From Lama guanicoe (Eukaryota), in the NCBI GenBank assembly GCA_013239625.1, contig MU054400.1, positions 2,950,282 through 3,014,281 of the forward strand: DNA of 64,000 bases. Reading direction: 5' to 3'. The translations under genes and the position numbers were made by a program. Shown piece by piece: positions 27,959-41,520 of the stretch. Each line of letters begins with the position of its first letter. Within the stretch, counting starts at the first letter, position 1. The notes below the pieces were generated by a model. The model did no database searches. It saw only the letters and a list, made by a program, of their open reading frames with translations, and had not been told where the DNA came from.

Positions 27959-28988
27959 AACAGCCCTACCAGAGTCAGCATCCCAGGCAGAGGGGGTGAG
28001 CACAGGCAGGGGCAGGGAGGCGTGGCTGGTGTTCGCTGGTGCAGCTGCTGGTATTTCGTGAGGTGGAAGCTTAAGTTTCAAGGCAGGCCTGTCAGGTGAC
28101 CAAGCTGGACAGAGACGCAGGGGAGCCGCTTCATTCGGGACATTGTTTTGAGCTTGAATTATAATTATGTAACTGTATATGTGACTTATCTCTCTATTTG
28201 CCTGGAAGTGGCCACGATTTGGGTTAGTGTCTGCTTGATGCCACTGCAGCTCTGGTCACTGACTGGGAGCTCAGCACACGAGTGTGGCATCGACAGACGC
28301 CAGCTGTGCCCGGCTGTGACACTGGGGTGGCTGGAGGAGTGGACTGAGTGGAGGACAGAAGGCACCAGAGGCCAGCTGGCATGCTCCTGGACTTTGTCTT
28401 TGTGGCAGCGTGACTGGCCTTCTTGATCTCACTGGGCGGGGATGTTTCCGAGCCGGCAGTGCATGCAGGCACAAGTTGGGGAAGGCTTTTTGGAGAGTGG
28501 TCCTTGTCAGAGCTGGAAGATGCGTACATGATGGTTCATTATGCTCTTCTCTCTGCTGAATGTTCCCGTGCTATCAAACTTTACAGAGGTCAGACGAGCG
28601 GAGATGCGTGGAGCATCTTAGAAAACAGAAGAACACCAAAACGGGAGAGGAGTCCGAGGTCATACCTGGGGCCAGACCAGGGTTAAAAGTGACGAAGATG
28701 CTAAAAATTCCTGTCTGTCATTTAATGAGAGAACGTCTGTGCCAGTGCTTCGTAAACTGTGCAGCTTTGCACACCCGTAGGCACTTCTCCTCGGTTATTC
28801 ATACACTCACCATTTCCTCAGGAACTGGGCCATTTTTTTCAATCTTTTGGGTTGTAAATGAGAGGAATTTCCTTCCTGTCCAGAAGCCTTGAGGCCCACG
28901 GAAGGAATTTTTCCTCGATGCAGCTTCCCTCTCACGTCCTCAGTTTAAGGTGTGTTGGTTTTCTCCCCCGTCTGACCTCCGTCCCCAG

Positions 28989-29161
28989 ACGCTGAAGGAC
29001 GCCAGCGACAACGCACGCAAGGACTTCCACCGCGAGGCCGAGCTACTGACCAACCTCCAGCATGAGCACATCGTCAAGTTCTACGGCGTCTGCGTGGAGG
29101 GCGACCCGCTCATCATGGTCTTCGAGTACATGAAGCATGGGGACCTCAACAAGTTCCTCAG
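28989..29161 (+). CDS. NTRK2: NTRK2 coding exon, 173 bp (alphaC helix, gatekeeper/hinge FEYM)
   Basis: Acceptor ...ccgtccccAG ends 28988; donor GTACGT at 29162. Phase 0 start matches the previous exon. [57 protein letters not shown](R); lies inside ORF 28950..29348. Confidence 0.98.
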
Positions 29162-31550
29162 GTACGTGAGCGCCCGGGGCGAGCTGGGCGGCGGGCTCCA
29201 GACAGCCTGCGGGCGAGGATGCCGAGCTCCTGGGAGGGACCAGGGGGCCCCAGACCTGTGTCCGGAACAGCCTGGCCTGGTGACGACACCAGTGCCTGCC
29301 ACCGAGAAAGAAACTGAGGCCCTTTTCCTTAATCAACGAACAACATAAGGTGATGCTATGCTTCAACTCCATCCCATCTTATATACTGAAGGTTTGTTCG
29401 TTAAATGGTGTGTGCATGGGCATTTGAGATGGGTCCTAGGGCCTGTAGGGGTATGCCAGGTGGATAAGAGGATGGTATTCAGGCCAAGGAAACAGCAAAG
29501 CTTAGGCACCAAGGAGTCACAGTGAACAGTCCGGTCAGGCGAGAGTGGAGAATCTGGAGTTGCCAGCATTGCGAGAAACCAGGGTGAGAGGAGGTAGAAA
29601 AAGAGATAGGAGGCCTGGAAAGGCGAGTGTTTGGACTTCGTTCTGAGGACAGAAAGAAGAACCAGGTGGTCAGGAGGTCAGAGGATTGAGTGAGAACGGA
29701 ATCAAAAGAGCAAAACCTCTAGAAGGAAGGAGGTAAAACCTCATTTGACATGACGTTGAAGACTCTGGACTGTGGCTTTTGTTGAGTCCCTGATGTCGTG
29801 GACAGAGGGACAGCTTCAACTCGGGGGGTTTTATGACAAGCGGGGGTCACTAGAAGGTGGCAAAGAAGGGAAAGAGAAAATGTGTCCAAAAGGGAGTCAT
29901 GGGGTTGTTAAACAGAGTTTCACTTGGATTTCTAGCGCCGACCTAATTTGGGGTCTTGGTTCAGCAGTCGGTTCTCAGGAAGTCCCGTCCTTGCGGTGGG
30001 GGTGGGGGTCTGGGAGGGGCCACAAGACACAGCAAGTGAGAGATGACTTAGGGTGAGTATAACTTCGGGGGTGGGGGGACATTAAGCTGCTTTGAAACCA
30101 TGAGGAAAACATGCCAAGTAAAAGGGACCAGAGCGCAGTGTCTCCTGGGGAGACAGCAGTGACACAGGCGGGATGTCCCGCTGAAGCTGGACCTCTGCTC
30201 TGGCCTTTATTAGCTGCATGACCTTGGACAAGTCTCTTAGCTGTTCTGGTGATTTACGGAGCCAGCAGAGTGGTCACAAGGACTGAATTAGAATAACTAG
30301 CAAGCTCTTAGCCTAAGAGCGAGTAGGAAGTTTTCAATAAGCAGAAGCTTGAATTCTGCCAGCGACAATGCCTCCTCGTACGCCAGCTGCTTGGCGAGAG
30401 AACTCATAGGAGCGCTGAGCTTGATGGGACAGAGGAAGTCGGTGGTCTCCCTGCTGGAGCCCAGGATGAGCATTCTTGTCCTGCTGCCACCAAGGGGGAG
30501 GGCACCTTTCCTAGGTGCTGCTCTAGACACTCCGTGGTGGAGGAAACTGAGTGATGCTCTTGTTTGCATTATGCAGAGAAACCCATGCAGCCCCGCATTT
30601 GAGATCTCCAACAATGGAAAACGTGGGAGGTCCCAGCAGTGAAGGCTGGGGGACCCGGGTGCTCCCTCCTGCTCTGCGTCAGAGCATCCCTTGGGTACGT
30701 CCCCAGCCTGCTTCGCCTCAGCCACCTTCACTCTCAGGTGGGGCTGAGTTACATCCTCTTGAAGTCATGTCCAGCTCTCATGTGCTGTTTCCTTTCAAAT
30801 GTAACCAATCTTTGAAAGATGAGCAAATTGCTGGCCTTGATTTATTGGTAGAAAGTATAATTTAGGAGAAACAGGAAAGATGTTCCTCACCGGCCTCAGT
30901 TCCCTAGCCTGTAAAAGGGGTATAATCACATCCATCTCCAGGACTGGTGGCAGGACTGCTGTCATCACTAGATGTTGTCCCCACAAGCCTGCTTCTCTGA
31001 CACATTTTCGTCTTTATTTCAGTCGAGGGAGCTGTAAATCCTGGGGAAGTTACACCTTTTGTGTTACGGCAACACCCAGACCTCTCTGTCCTCCTCCAGT
31101 GTCTACAGGCACCAAAGAGGACTTTCCAGAGAGATCGGCATCGGTAGCTGCGCGCAGCTGCTGGAAGGTTCAGGGACTGAACAGCTGGAGTAATGGGTCA
31201 GTTGCTGAGAGAACAGCTCGGGGAGAGTGTGGCGCTGTGATTAGAAATGGCATCACATGGTTTGCACGGGTTGGGTGATTTTGACCACCTCTAGCCTCAT
31301 GTATACACATGCATGGGTGATAGAGAAGATGGTGGTGGCTTTTGTACGTTGTCTCATCAGTTCTAACATGCAAGAAAGAAAGGAAGCTGCTTTCAGTTGG
31401 TTTCTAGCTGCTTATTGGAGAAATAGTTTTCCCGTGTTCCCATGTTTTAGGCTGCTTCCCTAATCAAAAATGATGCCTTCCCAAAACTATAGTATAATAC
31501 ATTCAAATACACTCACCTGGATGGGATGAAATGCCTCTGTGCGCTCAGGC

Positions 31551-31557
31551 TGCGCGC

Positions 31558-31594
<37 letters not shown>

Positions 31595-31615
31595 TGTGCG
31601 TGTGTGTGTGTGTGT
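31551..31615. repeat. (CG)n(TG)n alternating purine-pyrimidine microsatellite
   Basis: tgcgcgcgcg followed by about 16 TG units, one AG interruption, then more TG. Confidence 0.95.
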
Positions 31616-33276
31616 AAATTGATTCTTTCACTTTCAGCCCCTTCAGCTTCTCCCTAGCTCTTCTTCCCCGCTTCCAGAAGGAGAAGGCACCTCATCCTCC
31701 TTTGGCCCCTTGTGAGCGTGAAGCCATTGAAAACCTCCTTCGCTTGATTTCAGAGTCCACTGAACTCTGGGAAGGAGAGGTTTTCCATGCCAAGCGTCAG
31801 GTTCTCAGGTACAAGGGTGTGCAGAGAACAGCAGTCTGTCTTCTCTTTCTGGAAGGGAGCCCAGCCCTTACACTGCCATGAATGTGTCCCCAAATGTCAT
31901 TGGAACTGCCTTATAAAGACAGAGGTCTACAATTATCCATCCATGTTTTTTATTCATTTAAAAGCCATACGCTGAGTACCAACATGGCCAGGCCCTATGC
32001 TCGGTTAGCTGGGAGATAAAGAGAAAAACATGGTCTTTGCTTTAAAGGAGATTAGCATTTTTCCTCTTAGAATTCTCCTGAACTCCCTTCCAGTGAGAGT
32101 AAGAGAGAGAAGGCCTTTTTCAAGCAGTAACAGCTATTTATTGAGTCTTTCTAAGCATTTTAACTGTTTTTAACTTGCATAAACTATCAACTATTACTAC
32201 CGTCACCCCCATTTTACAGTTGAAGGAACTGAGTCACACAGCTAGTGAGTGACAGAGCCAAGGTTCAAACCCACAGCTCCCACCTGCAAAACCCGTAGTT
32301 TTAACCACATCAATTCTTCCTCTTGACTGGTGGCTGGTTAAAAAACAAAAAACAAAAACAGAAGGAAAGCAGCATCCTATGGGATTCTGGAGCCAGCAGA
32401 GTGTGGCTAATCACCCACACTGGGAGCCCACGGCCATCAGAGTCCCACTGAGCCCACTCCCCGCTCCCCAGGTCAGGGCACTGGTGAGCCCCCCCTCCCT
32501 CTGGAAGAGGTGAAATATGTTTTTATTTCCAAAAGCTGCAGGGTAGCCTGTGGAGTGAAGCACAGGGCTGTTGTCAACTCTGTTTATGCTCCTCCTAAGA
32601 ACTTGTGGAGAAGACTCCACTTGCCTGCCCTCTTTTTACAGCAGGACTTTTGCTCAAGAAAAGCATCCAAAGGGTTCTTCTGTTAAAAGCCTTGCTCAAA
32701 CACCCAGAACCAAGCAAGGGAAACGGCTGGTTAAAAAAGTGCCCCCTCCCCCCGCAGGGGCTGGTGTAGAGGGCAGAGGGCCCGAGGGCGCCGTCCTCCT
32801 GGCGCTGCAGTGTGTAGGGCTGGAGGACGGGGGCTTTACATGGAGGTGGCCCTGTGCACTGGCTTCTAACCTTTCCTCGCCCCGGAGTCTCTGCAACAGA
32901 CAGATCCCTGGAGGAATCCGAGTTTCTGGGGCTAAAATAAGCCTATGGCCAATCAACCACTTATTTCCCCCTTGGAGCTAACTCTCTGGTGGTGTCTCCC
33001 GGGCCTGCGTTCTCTGGATGTTTCAGGATTTCCCATCATTTTTGTGCATCCCTAGGTGCCTCTCTTGGTGTCGAGGTCACCTAAGAGCTTTGTCTCCTGT
33101 GATGAGTGAAAATGCTGTCACTTTCCTCTGCCTGCGTAGTGCTCGCAGGGTTGGGCTTTGAGAAATCTTTAGTGAGCTGGACAGGCCGGCCCTGAGAGCC
33201 CTGTCACAGGCCAACCACAAAAAGAAACGCACAAAGGATGGCTTGTGCTTTCATATCACCACTCCAACTCTTTTTT

Positions 33277-33435
33277 TATCTTTAATTTTTAAAATTTTTT
33301 AAAAATTTTATTTATCTGTTTTTGGTGGGGGCAGGTAATTAGGTTTATTTATTTATTTTAATAGCGGTACTGAGGATCACACCCAGGATCTCCTACGTGC
33401 TAGGCAAGCATATTACCACTGAGCTATACCCCCAC
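33277..33435 (-). mobile_element. tRNA-derived SINE (Vic-1-like, camelid)
   Basis: Reverse complement reads ggggtatagctcagtggtaatatgcttgcctagcacgtaggagatcctgggtgtgatcctcagtacc...aaataaacctaattacc plus A-rich tail. TSD CTCCAA(C/T)TCTTTTTT at 33262-33276 / 33436-33450. Confidence 0.85.
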
Positions 33436-34489
33436 CTCCAATTCTTTTTTCAAGAAAACTGTGTTTGTAAAGCCTTTCTTTGGCTTTCCGACGAAAGCCC
33501 ACAAAGCACCGTCCGAGCAGACTCTCCTTTTCCCCTCCCGTCCCTTATGTGCTCATGAGGAAGGTGCAGGCAGTACTCCCCGCGTTCCAGATGAGGAGAC
33601 AGGCCCAGAGACGTTCTGTGGCCTACCTGAGGTCCCAGACGGCGTGTTAGATGGAGATCAGATTCTGTTCTGGTAACCCAGAGCCTTGGCCTCTGCACTG
33701 CAGAACTTCTTACTCCAGTGAGAGAGTTTGAAGAGCTGGAGAGAGCCCCGAGGCTCTTCCCTCCCTGAAGCACATGCCAGTGTTAAGATGCCTTAAGTTG
33801 TCACACAGCTAGGAAAAGGCTGGGTGTGTAAGATGGGAGAAAAAGATGATATAAAATACCATACTCCGCCCCATCCGCCCCACTCCCCGCCCCATAGTGT
33901 AGGGATTAAAACTTGCCCCAGTAAAAGAATAAATGTGTTGTGATTCAAAAGAGCTCTCCTGTGGCCAGTGCTCTTGAGCTGGCAGCCGGGGGCAGGGGTG
34001 GCCGAAGGAAATGGTATTCTTCCCTGGAAATGAATGCCCCAGGTGAGGATGCCCTGGGAGTCTGCCGAGTTGGGCTTGGGGAAAATGAGGGCAGCTTGCA
34101 GCCATGGCGGGCCACAAAGCAGGCGGAGTTGGGGAGACCAGGGCTGCCTGGCTCTGGGGCTGGTGGGGAGGGGTGGGCTCCCGCTGGGGTGCAGTGAGCT
34201 GTGGCTCCAGGAGAGCCAAACTCTCCCCAGTCTTTTATTTTGATTTTGGGGTTTTTAAATTTGTTTTGTTGTTGTTGTTGTTTTTGCTTCAGCCGCCAAC
34301 TGCTTTTCCGGGTCCTGGGATCCAGCCAGTGCCTGACCCCAGCTTAGCTTCAGAGCCCTAAAATGTAAACCTGTCTGTGTCCCACCTGGCCTCGGGGATT
34401 CTAGCCTTTCTGGGAAATGAAGCCCAGGTGCTCTTTGGGCTTTAGAGGTAACACTGTGGGTGGAACATCTTTCCCTCCTCTTTTGCTAA

Positions 34490-35272
<783 letters not shown>

Positions 35273-36734
35273 ACCGTCCCACTCTTTCCATGGCTCTCCA
35301 GAGCCACGTGTGATATGTCCAAGAGAAAAGTTCTCAGCGTGAGAGTTTTGCAAGGGGCACCCAGGGCCTGGGGGACATTCCTGCAGGGCATGAGGTTAAA
35401 GGAGTTTGAGGTTTGGATTTGATCCTGTGAAATTATGCCTGGAGCCTTTGTTTGAAGCTTGACCTAAGCTGAACTTGTTCCTGTAAATGAAAATGCACCA
35501 AGACCTTGGAAGTTCCCACCCAGAACCATCTCGGTTGAAAGCAGATTGGCTGGTGGCCATCCTGGTGCGATGGGAGAGGTTCAGTCCTACCTGCCCCTCC
35601 AGAGTCCCATCTAGCCCGCCTGGGGCTCCACCGCACTAAGGGCTGGAGTTACAGACAATCATCCCGGTTCACGGAGTACCTGGAACTGGCCCCGTTGGCA
35701 TCCTCGATTTATTAACTGAGATCTCAGAACCGGGGTATGAGAGCAGAGGGACATTTCTGGAAACCTGGAGGTCATGCTGTTGAAGCGGAAGGTTTGGGGT
35801 GGTGTTCTACCACCGCAAACCCTCCATTTTGTTTTCTTGTTGTTTTGCTTGATTTTTAAGGGGAGAAGGATATAGGAAGGAAGAGAAAGAAATGTTCTAG
35901 AAATAAATAGCCTAAGAGGATACAACATACAGCTCGACTAACTTTCACAGCAGAGCAGGGCTGGTGGGGGGCATATCTGTCCTCACTTTGCTCTGCCCTT
36001 CATGGTGTGTCCCTGAGGGGGAGCCTCCCGCAGCCGCGCGCCCCTCCGGCGCCTCGGCACTTCAGCGGGGCTTACTGCTCCACAGTTAGTCTAAGACGAG
36101 GAACCCATTCCCTCGCTGCGTATTCTTCTGTAGCTTGTTCTGTGGGGTTTCTTCCTCTGTCGCCTTAATAAGCATTGTCCACATTTTGTGTATCAAGAAA
36201 GGGTGGAGACGCAGTTGAAAAGGGTTTTCTTGGGTGTATTTGCAGGAAACGTGGGCGTCATCATAACATCAAGTGTTCAAAACAGAGATGCAGATTACCT
36301 GTCTGAATCTAGGGATGAGTATTTTGTTCTAGATATGTCGAACATGGTGGGGGGGGGTCACCTACTCATGGCTGCATCTCCTCTGTTAGCGCTGCCTCCT
36401 TGGTAGGAAGTCGGGGTGGGGGCGTCTCCCTGTCTCCGGAGTCAAAGGTACACATGGGTTCTTCCCTAAGAAAATCTTTGCTAATCTTGATGAGTATTGA
36501 AGGAAGAAACATGTGGCTCAAGCAACAGATCTCCCTTTCTTTCTCCTTTCAGTGAGTTAATAAAATTTTTAGAGTGCTTGGCACAAAATAATAAGCACTC
36601 AATAAATGTGTTCAACCTTATCATTAGCCAAATCAATAAAGTTATGCTTCATTCTCACAGCTGGGACTGAACAGGTGGAACTTAATGTCCTTTTCTGCAA
36701 TCTCTAGAAAAACAATTCAGAGGAAAAAGACTGA

Positions 36735-37617
36735 AAAGCTCAATAATAGGAAGATAAATCACCCAATTATAAAATAGGCAAAGGATTTACATTTCTTTTG
36801 GTGTCCCCAGAGAAAACATACAAATGGCCAAAAAGCACGAGAAATGATGCTCTCCATCGTTAGTCATTAGGGAAATGTAAATAAAACCACAGTGAGGTGC
36901 CACTTCACATCCACTGGGCAAAACAGACAACAGCAAGTGTTAACAGGGAAGTGGAGAAACTGGAGCACCCATAAACTGCCAGTGGGAATGCAAAATGTTG
37001 CAGCTTCTTTGAAAGAAGTTTGGCAGTTCCTCAAAATGTTCAACACGGAGTCATCAGCAATTCTACTCTTAGGTCTATACCCAAGAGAATTGACATCATA
37101 TGTTCACACACACACACACACACAACCTTGAACGTGAACGAAATAGCAGCATTAGTCATAATAGCTAAAAAGTGGAATCAATTTAAGTGTCCATCAACTG
37201 GTGAACAGATAAACAAAATGCGGTCATGCACACCATGGACTATAATTCACAGTTACAAGGAATGAGGTCCTGAGTCAGGCTGCAGCGTGGATGAACCCTG
37301 AAAACATTATGGAAGGTGAAAGAAACCAAGCACAAAAGGTCACATACTACATGATTCCATTTCTATGGAATGTTCGGAACAGGCCAGTCCATACAGACAG
37401 AAATTAGGTTAGTGGTTGTCAGGAGCTGGGGGGCAGTGGAGAATGAGGAATATTGGATATGGAATCTCTTTGGGGGTGATGAAAATGTTCTAGAATTGTA
37501 TGGTCTGATGGTTGTTTGGTATTATGTGCAAATATACTAAAAACCATTGAATGTATACTTTAAAAGTGTAAATATTATGGTATATGAATTATGTCTCAAT
37601 ACAAAAGCCTAAAAAAA
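36735..37617 (+). mobile_element. Old L1 (L1MB/L1MA-like) 3' end
   Basis: ORF2 C-terminal remnants (cagcaattctactcttaggtctatacccaagagaa; aagtgtccatcaactggtgaacagataaacaaaatg) and 3'UTR (gggtgatgaaaatgttctagaatt...tatatgaattatgtctcaata, A-tail); an internal (CA)n near 37085. Confidence 0.85.
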
Positions 37618-37864
37618 CACTAGCAAAACAATGACCACCATTGTGGATGTAAGAAGTTAACCTTGGTCGTTTAGGTATTACAGAAACGCTGTCATTTGTC
37701 ACCTACCCTATGTTCTGATTTGTTAAAAAGAAAGTCCTCCACTTAGGTGACGTTTTCCTCAAGCATTTCCTTCTGAATTGATTGGAGGGAATAAGGCTTC
37801 CCCGTTCCTTGATTTGTTAAATATTCTTCATGAGCCTAGCCCAGTCATTAAGAAATGTGCTTCT

Positions 37865-37992
37865 GGGGGAGGATATAGCTCAGTGGTAGAGCCTGTGCTT
37901 AGCATGTGTGAGGTCCTGGGTTCAATCCCCAGTACCTCCACTTCAAAAATAAATAAGTAAGTAAACCCAATGTACACCCCCCCCAAAAAAAG
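37865..37992 (+). mobile_element. tRNA-derived SINE (Vic-1-like) with perfect 16-bp TSD
   Basis: ggggaggatatagctcagtggtagagc (A box)...gggttcaatcccc (B box)...aaataaataag. TSD TTAAGAAATGTGCTTC at 37848-37863 and 37993-38008. Confidence 0.92.
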
Positions 37993-40900
37993 TTAAGAAA
38001 TGTGCTTCAGATGCCACATTGATGTAATGCCTCTGCCTGCCCCCTACTCCCGTGGTCAACACTCAGTTGCCGCTGCGGGGTTTGTGTGTTCACTTGGTCC
38101 ATCCCACTGAGGAGGAGGAGGAAGAACCAGCCTTGCGCTGGCCTCTGTGACAGGTGGGCATGGGTGGGAGCCGGGAAAAAGGAACCTGACAATTGACAGT
38201 AGCCTGGGAAAACTAAGAAGTTATGTTTTATTTTGCCTTCTCTAAAATTTCAAGCTGGCGGTCCACTTTTTGGTTCCATGGAAGTATACATTGTCACAGA
38301 ACTTATTTGTAGAATATTTTTGCTTATTCAAATGTCAAAAGTCTGTTGGTGGAGTCCATTCCGGTGAGTTTGTCAGATAGACAGGTGGCAGCTGGCGCTC
38401 TGTTCTGGCAGGTGACTTCAGCACATCTTGCAGTGGCTACTTCCCAGGACACTCTGACTTTCACATGAGTTACCCACCTGTTGGATTGTCCACAAGCTTA
38501 GTGTTGAACCTCTCCCCCTCAACATGGCGTCTCTTCATCTTCTCCATCATGGCAGCTGGGGAACGTGTTCTCTGTAAGCTGGGGTTTATCATTTGTGGAC
38601 ACATTTTCTTCATTATTCTTTTCCTGAATTCTCCAAAAGCCTGCATGCTCCAAGGTGGGGAGTCTCTGTAGCTGACGTGAGCAGTCATGGCCGATGTTAA
38701 ATGGCCTTTCCGCCACAGTAATGGGGGAGGACTTTTGTGTTTGCCAAGGCTCTCTCATATGGAAGGATGCTGACTGGGCCTGGAGTCAACTAGACTGAGG
38801 AGTAACATGCCCCTTATCTTTAAGCAAGAACCAGTCCCACTGGCAGCCTGAGCCTTCTGCTCGTGGTGCCTTGGGAGCAGCCGTGTGGGGTGGCCCCAGC
38901 TCCGTGCAGTCATGGCAGGAGGGCCGGGCGGCAGCTGCTCCTCCATCAAGGGGAGCTGGCAGCCTCGGGAAACGGCTGCCTCAAGGCTTCCACCCTGTTG
39001 TAGCTGAGTTAATTATATCTTCCCAAAGAAGGAAGAAATCGGAACACTACATTTGCATGGAAACCAGCCTGATATGGCAGGTCCAAAATTACTCTAGCAT
39101 TTATGTTCTCTGAATTGTTTTAATTAGCAGCTCCACAGTACCAGTCTTCTATTTCATCTTTATTCCTTCCCTCCACTGGCGAAGCCTGGCATTTAGGAAG
39201 CACCTGCACCAGATCTCTGCCACATTCCGCCTGTCAGAGACCTGGGATCTCATGCTGTTTGGCCATTACTATGCCATAGTGGATCCACTGAATTTTTTTT
39301 TTTAATGTGCACTGTGGTGGTTTTCGCCACTTGGGTCCAACATGCATTTAAAATGAATATGATCCGTAGGAGAGTCGAGAGCCCCAAACATCTGAAATCC
39401 TAGCTTCTAAGTCTTGTTCTTAAGGCTTTAGTTTTATGGTGGCATGGGGTAAGAAATCCCATTCTTCAATTCATCTTTCACTGAAGAAAGAAAAGGAAAG
39501 GAAGCAGATTAGGCAAATTGATGAATAGTGGACCTTTAAAGAAACAAATGACTATTTCTTGGCTAAGCAAGGCCATGGTCAGAATCCTAGTATTAAAATG
39601 ATACAAACAACAGGTTCAGAAATTATCTTCAGGTGCTCAATACAGTTTACAAACTGTGGAGAGAAAAGAAGATGGTCTGTCCTAAAATAAGCTGATAAAA
39701 CAAGTAGAAAAAAGAATGATTTTGAACTTCAGTATCTCATCCTTTGCGCTGCCCACCCTGGAGGAAGGAGGATAGTGAACTAGAAAATAAAGTTCTGAAC
39801 CATGGAGGAAAGAAGAAGGCTTAGGTAATCTAAGAACTGGACAAGCACATCGGAAATATTCAATAGTTAACTTTCATACCTTTATCTTTAAAAAGAATGT
39901 GCTTATTTTTTAAGGAATATAATGTGAACATTTCTAGATAGGTAGGTAGGTAGATAGATAGATAGTTGAATAGGTCGGTTGAGCTTGGCTCATTCGACAC
40001 GTTTTCAGTTGTGTAAAATGGCATGTCATCCCCTCTACAAAGAGCAGCAGTGCATCTGCCTGGTGATTGCCTGCTGATTCTTAAGAGATAATTTCGGTTT
40101 CACCTCCTCCGTGACATCCTCCAAGCAGAGTAAAGGCTCACAAATCTGTGACCCCTCCGTACTTCATATACAGAAGCATTACGGCGTAGAGCACCTTGCC
40201 TCTGGAAATCTGCTCATAGCTATGTCTTGTCACTGATACGAGAGCAGGGAGAGGACAAATCTGGTGCATCTTTGTATCTGTGCAAACTGGCAGACTGCAC
40301 AGCACATACTAGGTGGGCTGAACAGGACGCATATAAGGAGCAGCCTTATGCACATGTCGATGAATATGGAAGCTACTTGGATTTGCAGATAGGCCTGGCT
40401 GTCAGTCTAGGAGCACTGACTTCAGGAAGTAAAACCAGAGATACAGGGACATCCTTATCTCACACAATTTATTTTCAGTGGAGAGCACAGAGCTAAAATG
40501 TCTTTGCATTAATACCATAGTAGAAATATTTCCTCTAATATACCTTGCCTAGAACCCTTAAAACCAGGCACAGCATTCATTTTGAGAGACAACACATATC
40601 CTTTTTCCAAAAAGAATATCCTGTATGTCACTAACTCTTCTGCATATACCATTTCGTTATCTTCCCCCTCAATATATACTCACACGGTGACTCCCAACTT
40701 TCACATGAACAATCACAGACCTCTCTGTTTGGGTTCTCTTGATTAAAGTGACCCCAGAAACACGAGGTTGCTTATTCTATGAAATCATCTTCAATGTATG
40801 CCTCATACAACACTTAGAGAGAGCTCAGTTCAGGGGAACCTGTCTGTCGGAGAGAAATCAGAATATTGAGTTCAGACTAATTCTATATTAAAATAGATTT

Positions 40901-40999
40901 GCATAAGTTGTTTCAAGATTCTAAATTGGCTTAATTTGTATTCGAGCCTCCCTAAGAACCTTTTACGTAAACTTTGGAGTTGCGAGAGAGTGGACAAGT

Positions 41000-41520
41000 G
41001 TCCATTCATTCATTCCTTCGTTCATTCAACACACATTAACGAAGTAGTTGCTACATGCTAGATGTGGTACTAAATCAGAAAGGCAGAGTTTTTAGACTTG
41101 GAATAATGTGATAAATACTGTAATAAAAATATGCACTAGGAACCCTAAAGAGGAAGCCACCAGCCTACTTTGGGAATCAGAGCAGGGGTCACAGAGACAT
41201 GACATTTAAGCTGGTGTTTGAGATATGGACCCAACATTGTCCTATTGTCAAGAAGGCCAGGGGCCAGGAGGGGAGGGAGGGATTCCTGGCATAGAACGTA
41301 GCAATATGAAGAGAGATGACAGTGTAAACATCATGATGTGTGGCCAGGGGATGGGGACTCCTTTGTGTCTATCTGAGGCTAAAAAAGTAGGCTATCTAGG
41401 CTATTACCAGATTTCCCGGCAGCCTGTTTGCCGTGCCAAAGACTTTGGACTTAGTCCTTTTGTCAGTGGGAAGCCACTGAGCATTTTATGCCAGAAAGTG
41501 ACATGTCAGATGGCGTTCTG
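41000..41520 (-). mobile_element. L2 LINE 3' remnant
   Basis: cattcattcattccttcgttcattcaac (L2 3' tail, antisense) followed by degenerate L2 motifs (gacatttaagctg, gggaagccactga). Confidence 0.6.

Noticed and set aside
32332..32737. 14-bp direct repeat GGCTGGTTAAAAAA about 390 bp apart, as a possible TSD
   Set aside because: No recognisable element or poly-A between the copies in a suitable arrangement; half the match is an A-run, so probably chance.
37865..37940. tRNA gene (A and B boxes present); likewise 44859-44930 and 33365-33435
   Set aside because: Followed by a SINE-specific tail and flanked by TSDs, so these are tRNA-derived SINEs.
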